NCBI GenBank assembly: GCA_964016885.1
Contig: OZ024742.1
Span: 142,786,001-142,850,000, forward strand
Length of the DNA stretch: 64,000 nucleotides
Direction: 5' to 3'
Origin: Eledone cirrhosa
Lineage: Eukaryota
Below, in pieces: positions 12,501 through 24,533 of the stretch; the stretch's first letter is position 1; each line of letters opens with the position of its first letter. The notes below the pieces were generated by a model. That model was not told where the DNA came from. It made no database searches and worked only from the letters and a program-made list of their open reading frames with translations. The position numbers and the translations under genes were made by a program.

Positions 12501-14344
12501 GTATACATATCAGTGGCGTTTTTTGCATGAATGGAAAGAATACTTACGATATAAAAATGAATGCAAATAGCAAATCTAATTTTAATTTTCAGAAAAAACT
12601 TTCATTTTCATGAGACAGGTGGAAGGTTACATACACACTATCTGTGTTCTATTTCAAATATATGGCATTGATATTTTCAAATTGTACTCTAGCTTAATAA
12701 TCAACGGTTCCCTAACTTTTTACTATCAATGAGCCCTTTTATTTAAATTAATTTTCCCATGGATCCTAGGCTTTTGAAATGTGTCTACTTAATAAGCTGA
12801 TTTTATCAAATAAAACAACAAACTTGTTTTCTCACCCGAAGGATATATATAACTAAATAAAGCAGTATTGAATTAAAAAAAAAATTACTTGTTTAAGAGG
12901 GTTGATACTGCTTTGTTAATACTATGTTCCAAACTGCAGGTTCTATTCAAGAGCTTTGAGTGTTAGTCAGTTTTTAAAAAACTTCTAAAAATATGAGATT
13001 ATTCCTATAGATATGGAAATGATTTTGAAAGTGTATTTTTTATCAGCCATATCGTGATTACTTACACGTTTTGCTCAATACCCACTTGAAATTTTGAACT
13101 TAACCCACATACACTCCCAGGAATCCACTGACAACAAGCTGAGAACCATTGTTATATATACTATGACTGTAAGTTTCATAAAAATATTTTAAACACGAAA
13201 AAAAAGAGAGTTGTCCCCCTTAGGCATTAAGATTATTTGTTTCCTTTTTCATTCTCCGGTAAAAGCTTTGTTTTCGTTTACACTAGATAATCGAATGTTC
13301 TGGGGTTTTTTTTTTTTTTAAATAAGGAAAGGGAAGAAATTGGGCCATCTTACAATAACAGACTCGTCTTTAATACAGTGATTGACACAAGAATGAATGA
13401 ATACCTTCAATGGACCCCTTAGCTCCAGGTGGAGTCGTAGGATGCGCCGTTATAACGTCTTGGGCATGTTAAAACATGGTGGAGCCCATCCCATCTCATG
13501 TCTGAAAACTACTGATTTCTTCCCAGAGAAATAGAGGAAGACAAAGAGAAGAGAGAATCGATCCCAGTATTGGTTGGTGCAAGTCGCCGCCTTCGAATGA
13601 ATGAATACATATAGTTTTAAGCCTAGTCATTAGGAACGAGGAAAAAATGCCTCGTAGCATTTGTTCCGACTCCCTGCGCTCTGAGTTCAAATCCCGTCTA
13701 GACACTCATACGTTGTTTTCGGTGGGAGAATCTATCATATACATGTGTGTGAGAAAGAGAGAGAGAGAGAGTCATATTTCGATGCCCTGATCCCCACCTC
13801 ACGCTACTATACAAATATTTTACCTATTTATAAATACTTGCTGTAACTGTATTAAAGTTAACTTTATATGTTAACAGGCACTTGCTGCATGTCTCGTTTC
13901 ATTGATTTTCAACTTCACTGACATGTAAACATTTATTGTACTGGACTGAACACACATTTTAGAAAACAGCTTCTAAATTTCAAGTTCAGATAAAAGCATT
14001 TTAATATAAAATAGTTGAGTAAGCAAACACAATAGTCAAGTGGATGTGATTGAGTATCAGCATTGCAGTTGAATTATAGTTTCTTTTATTAAGTGTGGTG
14101 TCTTACCAACTTACCTTGATCGTAGAGAGAAAAGTGGGCGGTACGCCCACCAAAGCCTCCCTCTGAGGGAGGGGGGTTCGTAAGGAATGGAGACGGAAGA
14201 AGAGAGCAAATATTAGTAGTTGCTTGTAAAGTTTGTTGCATATAAATGATTAAATAAAAAAAAATAATAAAAACAAAATTATTAAAGTATAATTTTTTAT
14301 TAACTTTACAGTTGGGGGTCTCTAGTCTAAAGTCTGTCACAAGC

Positions 14345-14590
14345 CAGGAGACTCGTCGGGCTGGTGTTTATCCCGGTTTCGTGGCGTGAAGCGACTGAGA
14401 GTACAAGACTCCACACGGGACAGGTCGCAGGGTTAAACCCCAAACTAGTTGGTACTCATTTTCAGCTGAGTATACTGGAGCAACGTGAAATGAAGTGTCT
14501 TGCTCAAGAACACAACACAGCCCAGGAATCGAACCCAAGACATTATGATCATAAGTCCAACACTGTTACCACTAGGCCACACGCTTCCAC
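14345..14590 (-). mobile_element. tRNA-derived SINE
   Basis: Minus strand TGGCCTAGTGG A box and GGTTCGATTCC B box followed by ...ttcttgagcaagacacttcatttcacgttgctccag body. Confidence 0.75.
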
Positions 14591-16105
14591 AGAGGGGGGG
14601 GGGGGGGCTAATGAAATATGTTCTCTAAAATGAACGCAGTGATGTTAGTAATCTAAGGAAGATTGAAAAACTTTGGCATGAAGAGAAGACCTTTGCAACT
14701 AAATCGAACTGATTTATTGTATAGCCCCACGTCAGCTTTGATTGAGCAGCTCTCTAGAACACAGGTAGTGGTCCAAACGATGAAATACAATCCCCAGATG
14801 CTATAACTCTTTTTGATACCAAACCACCACTAGTTCTGATACAAAACTATCTAAATATGTTACTGTAATTTTATGTAAGGACTTCTTATGTTCCAAATAC
14901 TAGATAAATTCAGATTTTACTAAATCCTTCTGAATTCTTATTTTCAAAATCAATTGAATATCATAGGGAGTGCCTTTCATTGAAAATATGCTAACAAAAA
15001 GGTTAACCAGCTATACCATACATAGCTGAGGAGACAATACTGTAGTCTTCAATATGTAGTGAAGTGAGGTAACAAGCTGAATACATCACTCTGATACCCA
15101 TTCCAAGTGCACTCAGTCAGAGAAACATGTGTTCATCTCTCGTTATTCTCAGTAGTCTACAGGTTTTAAAAACGTTCAACAATTATTGTAGAACATCAGA
15201 TAAAATGCCATTGCAGTATTTATTGTGGCTCTACATTCCAAGTTCAAATGTTGCCTTTTAGCCTTCTAGTAGTCAATTAAATAAAATACCAGTCAAGTAC
15301 AGAGGTTGATTTAATCGACTTTGCCCCTCACTGAAAAAATTATTTAAAATCGATTTAAATAATTTATTCATTTTTATATTGGCTTTATCAATGCTTGTAT
15401 GGGTTCGACAAGATCTTTTCTGCAGTTGAATACCTTTCCCAGTACCAACCCATAAGTATATATTTTGTTGAACTGTTATGCTGACACACATTGTTTACAA
15501 GCAATATAAGGATGTCTCATGTTACAAGTGTTGATATGATGTTCACACAATGTATTCAACTCAGAGCTAGTGAAAGCTACTTGCACAAATTGTCACAGTG
15601 AGACTAAGCCCAGAATAGCAGCTCCATTGGAGCTTTGCCTCTGTTGTATAGTAATGAAGCCTGGATGATGAATAAAATGAGATTTACATTGTTCAACTGG
15701 CAATTCAAGTTGTGACCATGCCATCTCTTCTGAATATCCATAAGTTTTAAAAGATTTGGTGGTTATTATTAAACCTCCAAGCCAATTTCTTGTGACATCA
15801 TCGGAAACAATTTTTATCCAACTTAATTTCACAGCAAGGGCTTTATTTTCAAAGATATTGAGTATTTTTATCCTAGGTCATTATTTTCCAATATAGAGTG
15901 CTTTAATAATTTAAATATCATCCCACCTTGGACTGAAATCACATTATCACTTGTCAGAAGCTGAAAGTTTATTTCACTAAACCATTAATTATTGGTTACT
16001 ATAAAACACAAAAGTAGTATATTCTTGTTAGAAAGTCACATTTAGAAAAGCATTTCACAGAAAGACAATTTGAAGAAAATACAAATTCAATTTTTTTAAT
16101 TGCAG

Positions 16106-16179
16106 ATCCACAGAAGACATTTTCTACACATTTGTTTCATTAATATTTTTTACAGATGCTATGAGAGAGATGCATAAAA
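16106..16179 (+). CDS. SLC4A11: SLC4A11-like exon (TM5)
   Basis: ttgcag| ... |gtaag; STEDIFYTFVSLIFFTDAMREMHK resembles the RSTEEI motif. Confidence 0.9.
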
Positions 16180-16671
16180 GTAAGTTTAATTTAGATTTAT
16201 GAAAACTTTTTGTTAGTTGTTAGAGTTAACACTTCTTTTACATTTATCAAATTGAGAATTTCTTTTAAATAAACTGAGGTGGCCATTTATAAATTTAAAT
16301 ATACATTAAAGAAAGAAAAATATTTACTTTCCATATGAGAAAGCTATCTGGAAAACAATTCAAATTTGTATATTTAGTGCTTTAGTAGAAAAATATAAAA
16401 CAGTTCACAAGAGTGAAATGTATGTACCTGCTATGATCAAGTTAAACTATTTAAAAGATTTCAACTACTTAATAGTTTTACATATAGCAAACCATTCTTG
16501 CTCTACCACATTAAGCTGTTTTAGTGTTTAAAACCTCCCATCATAACTTAAGTTGTTCCAAACACTAGTTTAATGCATAAATTAAATTTTCAAAATAAGA
16601 GGCAGTGTAACACTAAATACAACTGGATATGAAATACATAAGTATTTTCACCAAATACTTTCAATTTGCAG

Positions 16672-16909
16672 GTTTTCAACAAAATTACTCTCCTTGTCAA
16701 ATTGATACACTACAGCCAAGTCATTGGAACACATCCTTGATCTCCTATTCCAATGGTCATCCACGATACAGTGCCATTCCTAATCATAAACAGCTTAACT
16801 CAAATACTCAAGTGGATCAACAGTGTCAGAGAGAGACCAGCATCCTATTCTTGTTCCTAATGACAGCCACACTATGGTTGGCAACAACACTTTCCAACTT
16901 CACAAAAAC
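16672..16909 (+). CDS. SLC4A11: SLC4A11-like exon (extracellular loop 3 + TM6)
   Basis: ttgcag| ... |gtgag; FQQNYSPC...NTS sequon...CQRETSILFLFLMTATLWLATTLSNFTKT. Confidence 0.9.
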
Positions 16910-17188
16910 GTGAGCTTAACAAAATTTCACTTATCTTGCCTATCATACAAGCTGTGTATCACTACATATTGTAAGGGACTAAGAATTGGTATTCAACCAT
17001 AAAATAGAACACATTTCATTATCTTATTAGCTATGCATCCCTACATATAAGACTGAGAGTTGGAACCAGGAAAAGCATGACTTCCAAATATTTATTAAGC
17101 CCCACAAAGCTAACTCCAGCTGTATGTAAAACTGACCTTTGTATCAGTCACTAAAGACACACTTTAAAAGAATTTTCTTGTATTCCAG

Positions 17189-17292
17189 ACCTTATTTAAG
17201 TGCACAAAAAAGGCAACTGATGGCTGATTATGCAATTCCACTGACAATTCTGATTATGACAACAATATCAACAATATTCTCAGATATCTACA
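17189..17292 (+). CDS. SLC4A11: SLC4A11-like exon (TM7)
   Basis: ttccag| ... |gtaag; PYLSAQKRQLMADYAIPLTILIMTTISTIFSDIY. Confidence 0.9.
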
Positions 17293-17590
17293 GTAAGTTA
17301 TTTTAACAAAAAAAATCTTTTAGCCACTGGTTCTACAAAAGTTATTTAACCCTTTAGCATTTAAACTGGCCAGAATTCCCTCACCTGTTTAAACCAGTCA
17401 CTTATACTTATGTGAAGTTATTATTCTCAATATAAATATCAAAATCTTAGATTTGATGAGGTAAAGCCTTTACCATGAAAATATATATAATGTAAATGCT
17501 AAAGGGTTAAAGTATAATCAAAATTATAATTTTATGCAGGATCCTTAGAAATTGATTCTTCTCCATTGTTTAAACATTATTATTTTACAG

Positions 17591-17756
17591 TGGAACCACT
17601 AATAGTACCATCAAATGTCACACTTGGTCCAGCACCTTTACACAAACTCTCAGCTGGTGCAGTTGTTACATCTATTTTCCTGGGCTTCAGTCTTTCATTA
17701 GTGTTTTTCATCAACCATAACATTTCAAGCACACAAATTAACATGGCAACATACAA
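17591..17756 (+). CDS. SLC4A11: SLC4A11-like exon (TM8)
   Basis: tttacag| ... |gtaagt; ...GAVVTSIFLGFSLSLVFFINHNISSTQINMATYK. Confidence 0.9.
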
Positions 17757-17847
17757 GTAAGTTACCATTTTAGCACTAGAAAAAATATAGAAATTATTAC
17801 CAAAAGGGTGAAAAAAAAAAAAAAAAATTAACAGATTCTATTTTCAG

Positions 17848-18021
17848 ACTTAAGAAAGGAACAGCCTATCACTGGGACTTATTAGTCATAGCTGTTATAA
17901 ACATCATGCTATCAATCATTGGATGTCCATGGATGCATGTAGCCCTCCCAGTTTCTTCCCAACATGTCAAGACTATGGCTCAAGTGGAAGAAAGAGTTGA
18001 ACAAGGAAATATACATCAAAT
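17848..18021 (+). CDS. SLC4A11: SLC4A11-like exon (TM9-TM10)
   Basis: tttcag| ... |gtaag; [53 protein letters not shown]; KGTAYHWDL and VEERVE are characteristic of SLC4A11. Confidence 0.95.
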
Positions 18022-18381
18022 GTAAGTGAAAGCTAATGTAATCTAGCCCTTTTGACACCAAACCAATGATTCCATGATTTAAAGCCATTTTATATTAAAT
18101 CTCTAAATACTTAATTTGAAAATCACAGGCAGTAAAATATGTAATGCAAGGATGAAATATATACTTTAACCCTTTTGCATTTAAACTGGCCATAATTCTC
18201 TTAGCATCAGTTACAGCTGCTTTAAACAAAGAGGGAAGGTATTGTTCTCATATCAAAATCTCAGATTCAATATATAAAAAAAGCCTTTACCACAAAATAC
18301 AATAGTATATATATATATAGTAATGTAAATGTTAAAATAACTTATAACCACCAAATATTAATGATTACTTCCAATTCCCAG

Positions 18382-18577
18382 CATTGTACAGGTCAGAGAA
18401 ACCCGTGTAACCAGCCTCCTCTGCTACATGATGCTTGGCCTATCACTTTTGCTGCTGCCTCATCCACTCGCAGATATCCCCAGACCAGTGTTGTGTGGGT
18501 TTTTCCTCTACATGGCAATCACATTTCTTTCAAACAGACAACTAATCGACAGATTTCTACTCCTAATAACAGAACAG
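18382..18577 (+). CDS. SLC4A11: SLC4A11-like exon (TM11-TM12)
   Basis: cccag| ... CAG|gtcagt; IVQVRETRVTSLLCYMMLGLSLLLLPHPLADIPRPVLCGFFLYMA...LLITEQ. Confidence 0.93.
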
Positions 18578-18664
18578 GTCAGTTTTCTCAACCAAAACTT
18601 CAAAAAATATTTATAAAATCAAAATATCTGGTTTCTAACTAGTTTCTTTTCTGGTTCCTTTCAG

Positions 18665-18834
18665 TCATCATACCCACCAAGTCATTACATCAGACAGGTT
18701 CCACAGAGAGATATCCACAAATTTACATTTTTCCAGATGGCTCAACTTCTTTTTATATGTATTTTTGGTCTTGTTCCGATTCCCTACATACAAATGTTCT
18801 TCCCACTGGCTGTGCTCTCTCTTGTCTTAATCAG
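18665..18834 (+). CDS. SLC4A11: SLC4A11-like exon (TM13-TM14)
   Basis: tttcag| ... AG|gtaag; SSYPPSHYIRQVPQRDIHKFTFFQMAQLLFICIFGLVPIPYIQMFFPL. Confidence 0.93.
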
Positions 18835-19235
18835 GTAAGAAATTTTTCTTGTACACAAAATGAAAAAAAAAAAGTAAACCCAAACAAATTTTTGCAAAAG
18901 TTGCTTATTCTTAATTACAGTAACCCATTTGATATTAAACTGCCTCTGGTTCTAAAAATATAAAGCTGTCTACAATTATCTAAAACTTTAATGGAGGAAC
19001 CTATAAGTTTACACTATGCTTATGTCATTAATTACTGAAAATTATAGGCAAAATACCATTAGAAATATTGGTAACAAAATCTAACCTCCATTAGGAATGG
19101 CCTTTCAGGTAAAAATTCTTTCATTTTACATTTAAAAAAATACCATAAACGAAGCAACAAAAACTGCTTTTCTACAAGTTCTATTAAGCTAAATCTTTAC
19201 AAAATGCAACATAAAGCTTTCATTCTCTATTACAG

Positions 19236-19290
19236 ACACATGCTAGTACCCAAAGTTGTGGAGAAGAAACATCTTGCTGTACTCGACTAA
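19236..19290 (+). CDS. SLC4A11: SLC4A11-like last coding exon
   Basis: tacag|; RHMLVPKVVEKKHLAVLD-TAA; AATAAA follows at 19331-19336. Confidence 0.9.
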
Positions 19291-20339
19291 CTACACCTGC
19301 TGGGCATCAACTGGAAAAAAATTTACTGAAAATAAATGTATATGTAAAAAAAAAAAAAAAAAAAAAAAAGAAAACATCTCACTGTTGTTTGTCTTTAATT
19401 TTTTTTTTTTAAGTTTGTACATGACAGCTGCATAGGTCAGAAAGTGCTTGCCAGGAGAGGAGGCCGCAGCACCAGCGACATTTGCTACAGGGTGGGCGAG
19501 ATTATAGTGGCGTAATCAACAAATAGAGTTGTCAAGAAATACAAGACTTTAAAATTGTCAATTTTTATTCTCCAAGAAAGTGACGTCCAGCTTTTTTTTT
19601 TTTTGAACACATCTGACATCACATGCTGCTACTGTTGCTGCTGCTGTGGAAAAGATTTTTTAAACTCCAGGTTATAAGTACTAGGAGAGAAAAAAGGGCA
19701 GAAAAATGCCCACAGCGGCTGCATGAATGGTCCATAAACATCTCCCTCTTCCCAACAGCAGGTCAACCAGAACAACAGGGGAATGATGGAAATTTAAAAA
19801 AAATAAAAAACACACACGCATTACTCTTCTTTTAATGATGGAAATTGAGAATAAGTTTTATCTCTTCCACACTGAATGGAAAATTGCTTCCATTACACTG
19901 TAGCAGTCACAACAACAACCACCAATTAACAGGGGGGTGGGATGGGGCAATTTCCTTTCAAGGAGTAATAAATATTCACAAAATAAGCAGTCCATCATTA
20001 ATAAGACCACCAGGGTTGATGGCAATTTTCTTTTTTTGTTTTTTCTTTTTGAAGCTGAAGAGTCAATAGCAGCTGCTTTGAGAAGCAGCCTGGACTTCAT
20101 GAGAAGGAGAGTTGGAGGAGAGAGCTGCTGGCAGACCAAACTTCATGCAGTACTGAGTTCAAGTGAAAAATTTTGGTAATGAAACCATAGAAAAAACTTG
20201 CTGGAGATCTTGGCTCAGTTTCTATCAATAGTTGAAGTACAAACGTTCAGTATTCCATGGCAAATCCAACAAGATGATTTTTATGTTTACATAGCATTTT
20301 CAATTCCCATGAATAAAGAGAAAAAAGCCATGAAAAAAA

Positions 20340-20597
20340 TCATGCTGCAGTTTGGAGAAGACTAGGAAAGTCATTCTCATCATCCATGCATGGAGCAGAT
20401 TCACGTGGTCCACCTTTCTTCTCTGCTCTGCTGATTGAACGACCACCACCGCGGCCACCTGTGCCTCTTTCTCCGCCACCTCTCTCTGCACCACGCCCAC
20501 GTCTGCCTCCACCACGTCCACGACGCGGGGAATCATTGAATGTAATCTTGATGTTATGGAGGATGTTCTTGCCACGACGAGGTTCATCTTCATAACC
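20340..20597 (-). CDS. SERBP1: SERBP1/HABP4/Vig family, last coding exon (RGG box, C-terminal DFPSL motif)
   Basis: aaag| acceptor; GYEDEPRRGK...RRGRGGGRRGRG...APCMDDENDFPSLLQTAA-TGA. Confidence 0.93.
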   Translation of the reverse strand, partial: GYEDEPRRGKNILHNIKITFNDSPRRGRGGGRRGRGAERGGGERGTGGRGGGRSISRAEKKGGPRESAPCMDDENDFPSLLQTAA

Positions 20598-20964
20598 CTT
20601 TTAGTGGAAAACAAAAGGAAAAACAAACTTGCTATTAGAAACTAATAAAAATCTAAACGTGTTTATTGAAATATATTATTTCTTACAATAAATCCACTGC
20701 CCATATTAAAATATTTACACCTAAATTATAAACAACTATGTCAACATAATATACCAAGTTAGATATTTCAAATTCCATCAAAATCTAGATTATATTGAAA
20801 AGTTATTTGAAGTTAAGTCATGAATAGGTTAATATTATACCTAAAAATTTATAATCTAGCAACTTCACTAGAATTCAATGAACTGAATAAACAAACAATA
20901 GCCTCAAATGCATCCACACATTCAGATAACTATTACACTTATTCAATTGAAGATCAAAACTCAC

Positions 20965-21196
20965 TTCATCTTCATCTTCATCCTCATCCTCATCTTCAGA
21001 TTCTTTCTTTTTCAGAACGTAGGTTTTCTTCCACTGAGACTCATCAACCCCTTCGTTGGGCTTACGGATATTGAACTCCGTTTTTACACGGTTTTTCTTC
21101 TCCAGAGCCTTCCATTCATCCAGGGTCATCTGCTTGACGATTTGTTCTTCGTCAGGCACTTCAGGATTGGCCTCTGTGGTCTCTGCAGTGGTTTCA
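20965..21196 (-). CDS. SERBP1: SERBP1 exon 6
   Basis: ttcag| ... |gtgagt; KQMTLDEWKALEKKNRVKTEFNIRKPNEG, matching the conserved MTLDEWKA...FNIRKPNEG block. Confidence 0.95.
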
Positions 21197-21283
21197 CTGA
21201 AAACACAAATCACAGCTATCAGCTCAGATTGTCCATTGTTATTTGTAGAATGCAGTTAAGAAAATATTTTAAATTTTACTTAC

Positions 21284-21370
21284 TTAGGATCCTGGTTTTC
21301 AGCATCCTCTGCTTGGGCACTCCACTCTTGAGTCTCAGTCTCCTTCAGCTGCTCCCTAGAATTGGTCGAA
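21284..21370 (-). CDS. SERBP1: SERBP1 exon 5 (alternative in-frame acceptor would start it at 21355)
   Basis: ttag| or ctag| acceptor, |gtaagt donor; (DSTNSR)EQLKETETQEWSAQAEDAENQDPN; phases fit both neighbours. Confidence 0.8.
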
Positions 21371-21467
21371 CTAAATAATTAGACTTCTATTGACCAGAAC
21401 ATAGTTGGACACACAAACTTAACAGCACTATAACTAACATTATAATACACTGCAATCTTATACTCAC

Positions 21468-21539
21468 TCCATATCATCTTTCATTGTTCCCCAATTATGG
21501 GAGCCACCACCTTCCTTTTTCTCAACTGCCTTTACACCA
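21468..21539 (-). CDS. SERBP1: SERBP1 exon 4 (HABP4 domain)
   Basis: tacag| ... |gtgagt; [23 protein letters not shown], the GGSHNWG motif. Confidence 0.95.
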
Positions 21540-21922
21540 CTGTAATGCAAAAATATACATTGACAGATGATTTTAATGGAGTTGAATACAAACAGACGCT
21601 ATTCTCATATTGGTTTAATAATTTAACTATCACCACCTACTCAAACAATTCAACTGTTATAAAATATGAATACATAAATCAAAAAAAAAAATTTTAAAAA
21701 AAAAAAAATGAACAGTTCAATCGATGAGAGAAACTTGAAAATTCAAACAAAGGACCAAATACATGGTAGAGGAAGGTTCATCTGATATTCTTAAACAACT
21801 GCCTTTAACCTAAAAGTTAAATAAGCTATTACCATTCAATGTCCAACAATTATTAGGACATGATACTGATCGAATCATTATTAACATAAAAACATTAATA
21901 ATAGCGGTGATAGTATACTTAC

Positions 21923-22198
21923 GTTTTATCACTGCCACTGTGTCGTTCAAACTCTCTCTTTCCACCACGATCACTGAAACTAACTCCACGACCTCCCCGG
22001 CCACCGCCTCGGCCTCCACGCCGACCTCTGCCCCGAAAGCCATCCGATCGTCCAAAGCTCCCCTCTTCCGAGTTGCGATTGAAACCGAAACCTTCAGAGC
22101 GACCACCGCTAAAACCTTCCGACTTGCCAGATCCACCTTCTGGGCGGCCGAAACCGTCAGAACGTCCACTAGATCGGTTAAATCCGTCTGACCTCTCC
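21923..22198 (-). CDS. SERBP1: SERBP1 exon 3 (RGG box + KREFERHSGSD)
   Basis: tgcag| ... |gtaagt; RGRGRRGGRGGGRGGRG...GGKREFERHSGSDKT. Confidence 0.95.
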
Positions 22199-22433
22199 CT
22201 GCAGTAAGATGGAAAAACACAAAACAATAATAATAAAACAAAATGAAGGGAAGGGGTGAAGTTAAAACGTGAAACCTTCATTGATGGTGGAAGTATACAC
22301 ACACGTTATTACATGTATAGGAACGATGAGAGAAAACTCCAAGACGACATGAAGCATCATCATAAAACTGAAGTACATGACCATGTCATTTTATTTCTCT
22401 CTCCGTATTTCAAAAACGATCTATGGTACTTAC

Positions 22434-22596
22434 CGATTATCAGAGAAATCATCTCTTTGCCGGGGAGGTCGACGCTCTGTTTCATTGTCCCCAAATTCAT
22501 TAGAATCTTTGGATTCGGTCTCTCTATTCGGCCGGAAACTTCTTCGTCCTTTATTCTGGCCGCGAGGGGCACTGTCTCTCCTATTGCTTTCTACCA
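22434..22596 (-). CDS. SERBP1: SERBP1 exon 2
   Basis: attag| ... |gtaagt; open in phase: VVESNRRDSAPRGQNKGRRSFRPNRE...DFSDNR. Confidence 0.85.
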
Positions 22597-24298
22597 CTAA
22601 TCGGGGAGATGGGGAAGTAGAGAAAAATAGAACAGTTTCAGAGACGTAGAAGAGGAGAAAAAATTACACACACCACCTTACTGGAGAACAAATATAAATT
22701 AAAATAAAACAAGACATGGTAATGAGCACAAACAAAACGAAAACAAACTATAGGTCAACATTAAAAATATATAAATAGTTTTTTATTTATCAAGTCAGAC
22801 ATTCAGAATAGCCCGATTTCGTCCGACTTTATACAATGTATCACATAGTCTTATATGGTAATGAGGGGGAAATATCGCATTACAAAATAAATCTTTATTT
22901 AAAAAAAAAAAAATCACTAACACTTTTTATTATTCACACGACAATATTCTTTACAGCTTTTAGTTTATAAATTAAAATTTATTTCTACACGGGAGGGAAA
23001 AATAATTGTCAGTATGAAGTAGTAGGCTGGAGCGGCAGAAGGCGAGTGGCGGGGCAAGGCAGTCAAGATGGCGTCCAGCATGCTAAAAAGATGGCGGCTA
23101 AGAACGAAAAAAGCACATGGACCACCATACACATTCACACACACACACACATCTCTATGTATAGATATATATATATACATATATCTATACCTACATGTAT
23201 TTATAAATATATATACATATATGTATAAAACATTCTTAGGTGACAGGACAGCGAGACATGCACGTGCAGACAAATGGGGGGGGGGGGGATTGAAAACATC
23301 AGGTGGAACAGTTTGTCGATAATTTCATAACCATTAAATTAATTAAAGGTTATCGTCTTATTCTACTTTTCATCGATTACATGTATATATTTTTTTTAAA
23401 AGAAATTACAACATTAAAAATAACAGCGATGAAGAAAAGATGACTACATTGAAGAGATCACTCCTTTAAAAAAAAATCTAATATACTAATTGCTTTATTT
23501 CTTAATGTAGCAACAATAACATGTAGAGATCTCGCGCCTGTGTGTGTATATGTATGTGTAAATATATATATATTGTTACACACACACACACTGAGAACAA
23601 AAACTCAATTCCCACCAACAAAGATTTCTTGCTAGTGTTAAATTCTTTTAGGCACGTTCAGATAGATACATTTGATATATATATAAAACGGTAAAAATAT
23701 ATAACGATATATATCTATAAACACACACACATGTATATATAAACGCCAATCGGTAGTTAGTGAGAAGCGATGGCGGCGGGAATGTCTTATCCACTATTCG
23801 CCATGTTATCGCAAAACCAAGAAATTTCATTTCAACGATGTAGATCATGGGGAAAAAGCACTTGATATCTAGCTTAATATAAAAACTAGTAGCGGCCAGT
23901 CGTGCTTAATACTTAAATAGCAATGCCTAGATAGGTGACCTTCACCTAATCATTACTGTACACCAACCAGCGACACACTGATAGACATAGACAGACACGG
24001 CCATTCTATTTATGCACAATGCAGTTTAGTCACCTCGTGTGTTCACTTAATGAATTTTTTTTCTTTTCTGTGGGCCATTTTTATTTCTAATCTTTTTTTT
24101 TTTTAACAGTATTCATTGGTAAATGCAAAATAGTAAGATTTAGAATACGGTGTTGAAATAGAAATTGCAGGCAAATGAAACATAAAGAAGATGAATCGTA
24201 CCATGTGGAAGCTTCCATGGAAGATTAGAAAAATAACGCTTTGAAAACTATGAATACAAAATATCAAAATTCAAGCACAATAAAATATTTTGATTTAC

Positions 24299-24533
24299 CA
24301 TCTCTCCGCTGTGAATTCTGTTCTGGTGCTTTGGACTTGGATTCCTGCGGACTGGGTGCAACTGGCTTTTTGGTGGATTTTGCTTTATTAGCTTTGGACT
24401 TATCCACTTCCTTTTTAACTGTGTCCTTCTTTTTTACTTTAGCTTCCTGCTGATGAAGCATATCCAATGGATCAGCATCATCATAGAAAAGCGCATACTT
24501 GTTGGAAACAACTATGCCGTACTGGTTCTCCAT
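24299..24533 (-). CDS. SERBP1: SERBP1 exon 1 (start codon)
   Basis: ATG at 24533; MENQYGIVVSNKYALFYDDADPLDML resembles the Vig/SERBP1 N-terminus; |gtaaat donor. Confidence 0.92.

Noticed and set aside
22199-22433. Possible C/D snoRNA in SERBP1 intron 2 (ATGATGA on the minus strand)
   Set aside because: No downstream CTGA D box or terminal stem found.
20386-22649. Plus-strand ORFs overlapping SERBP1
   Set aside because: Antisense shadows of the SERBP1 exons.
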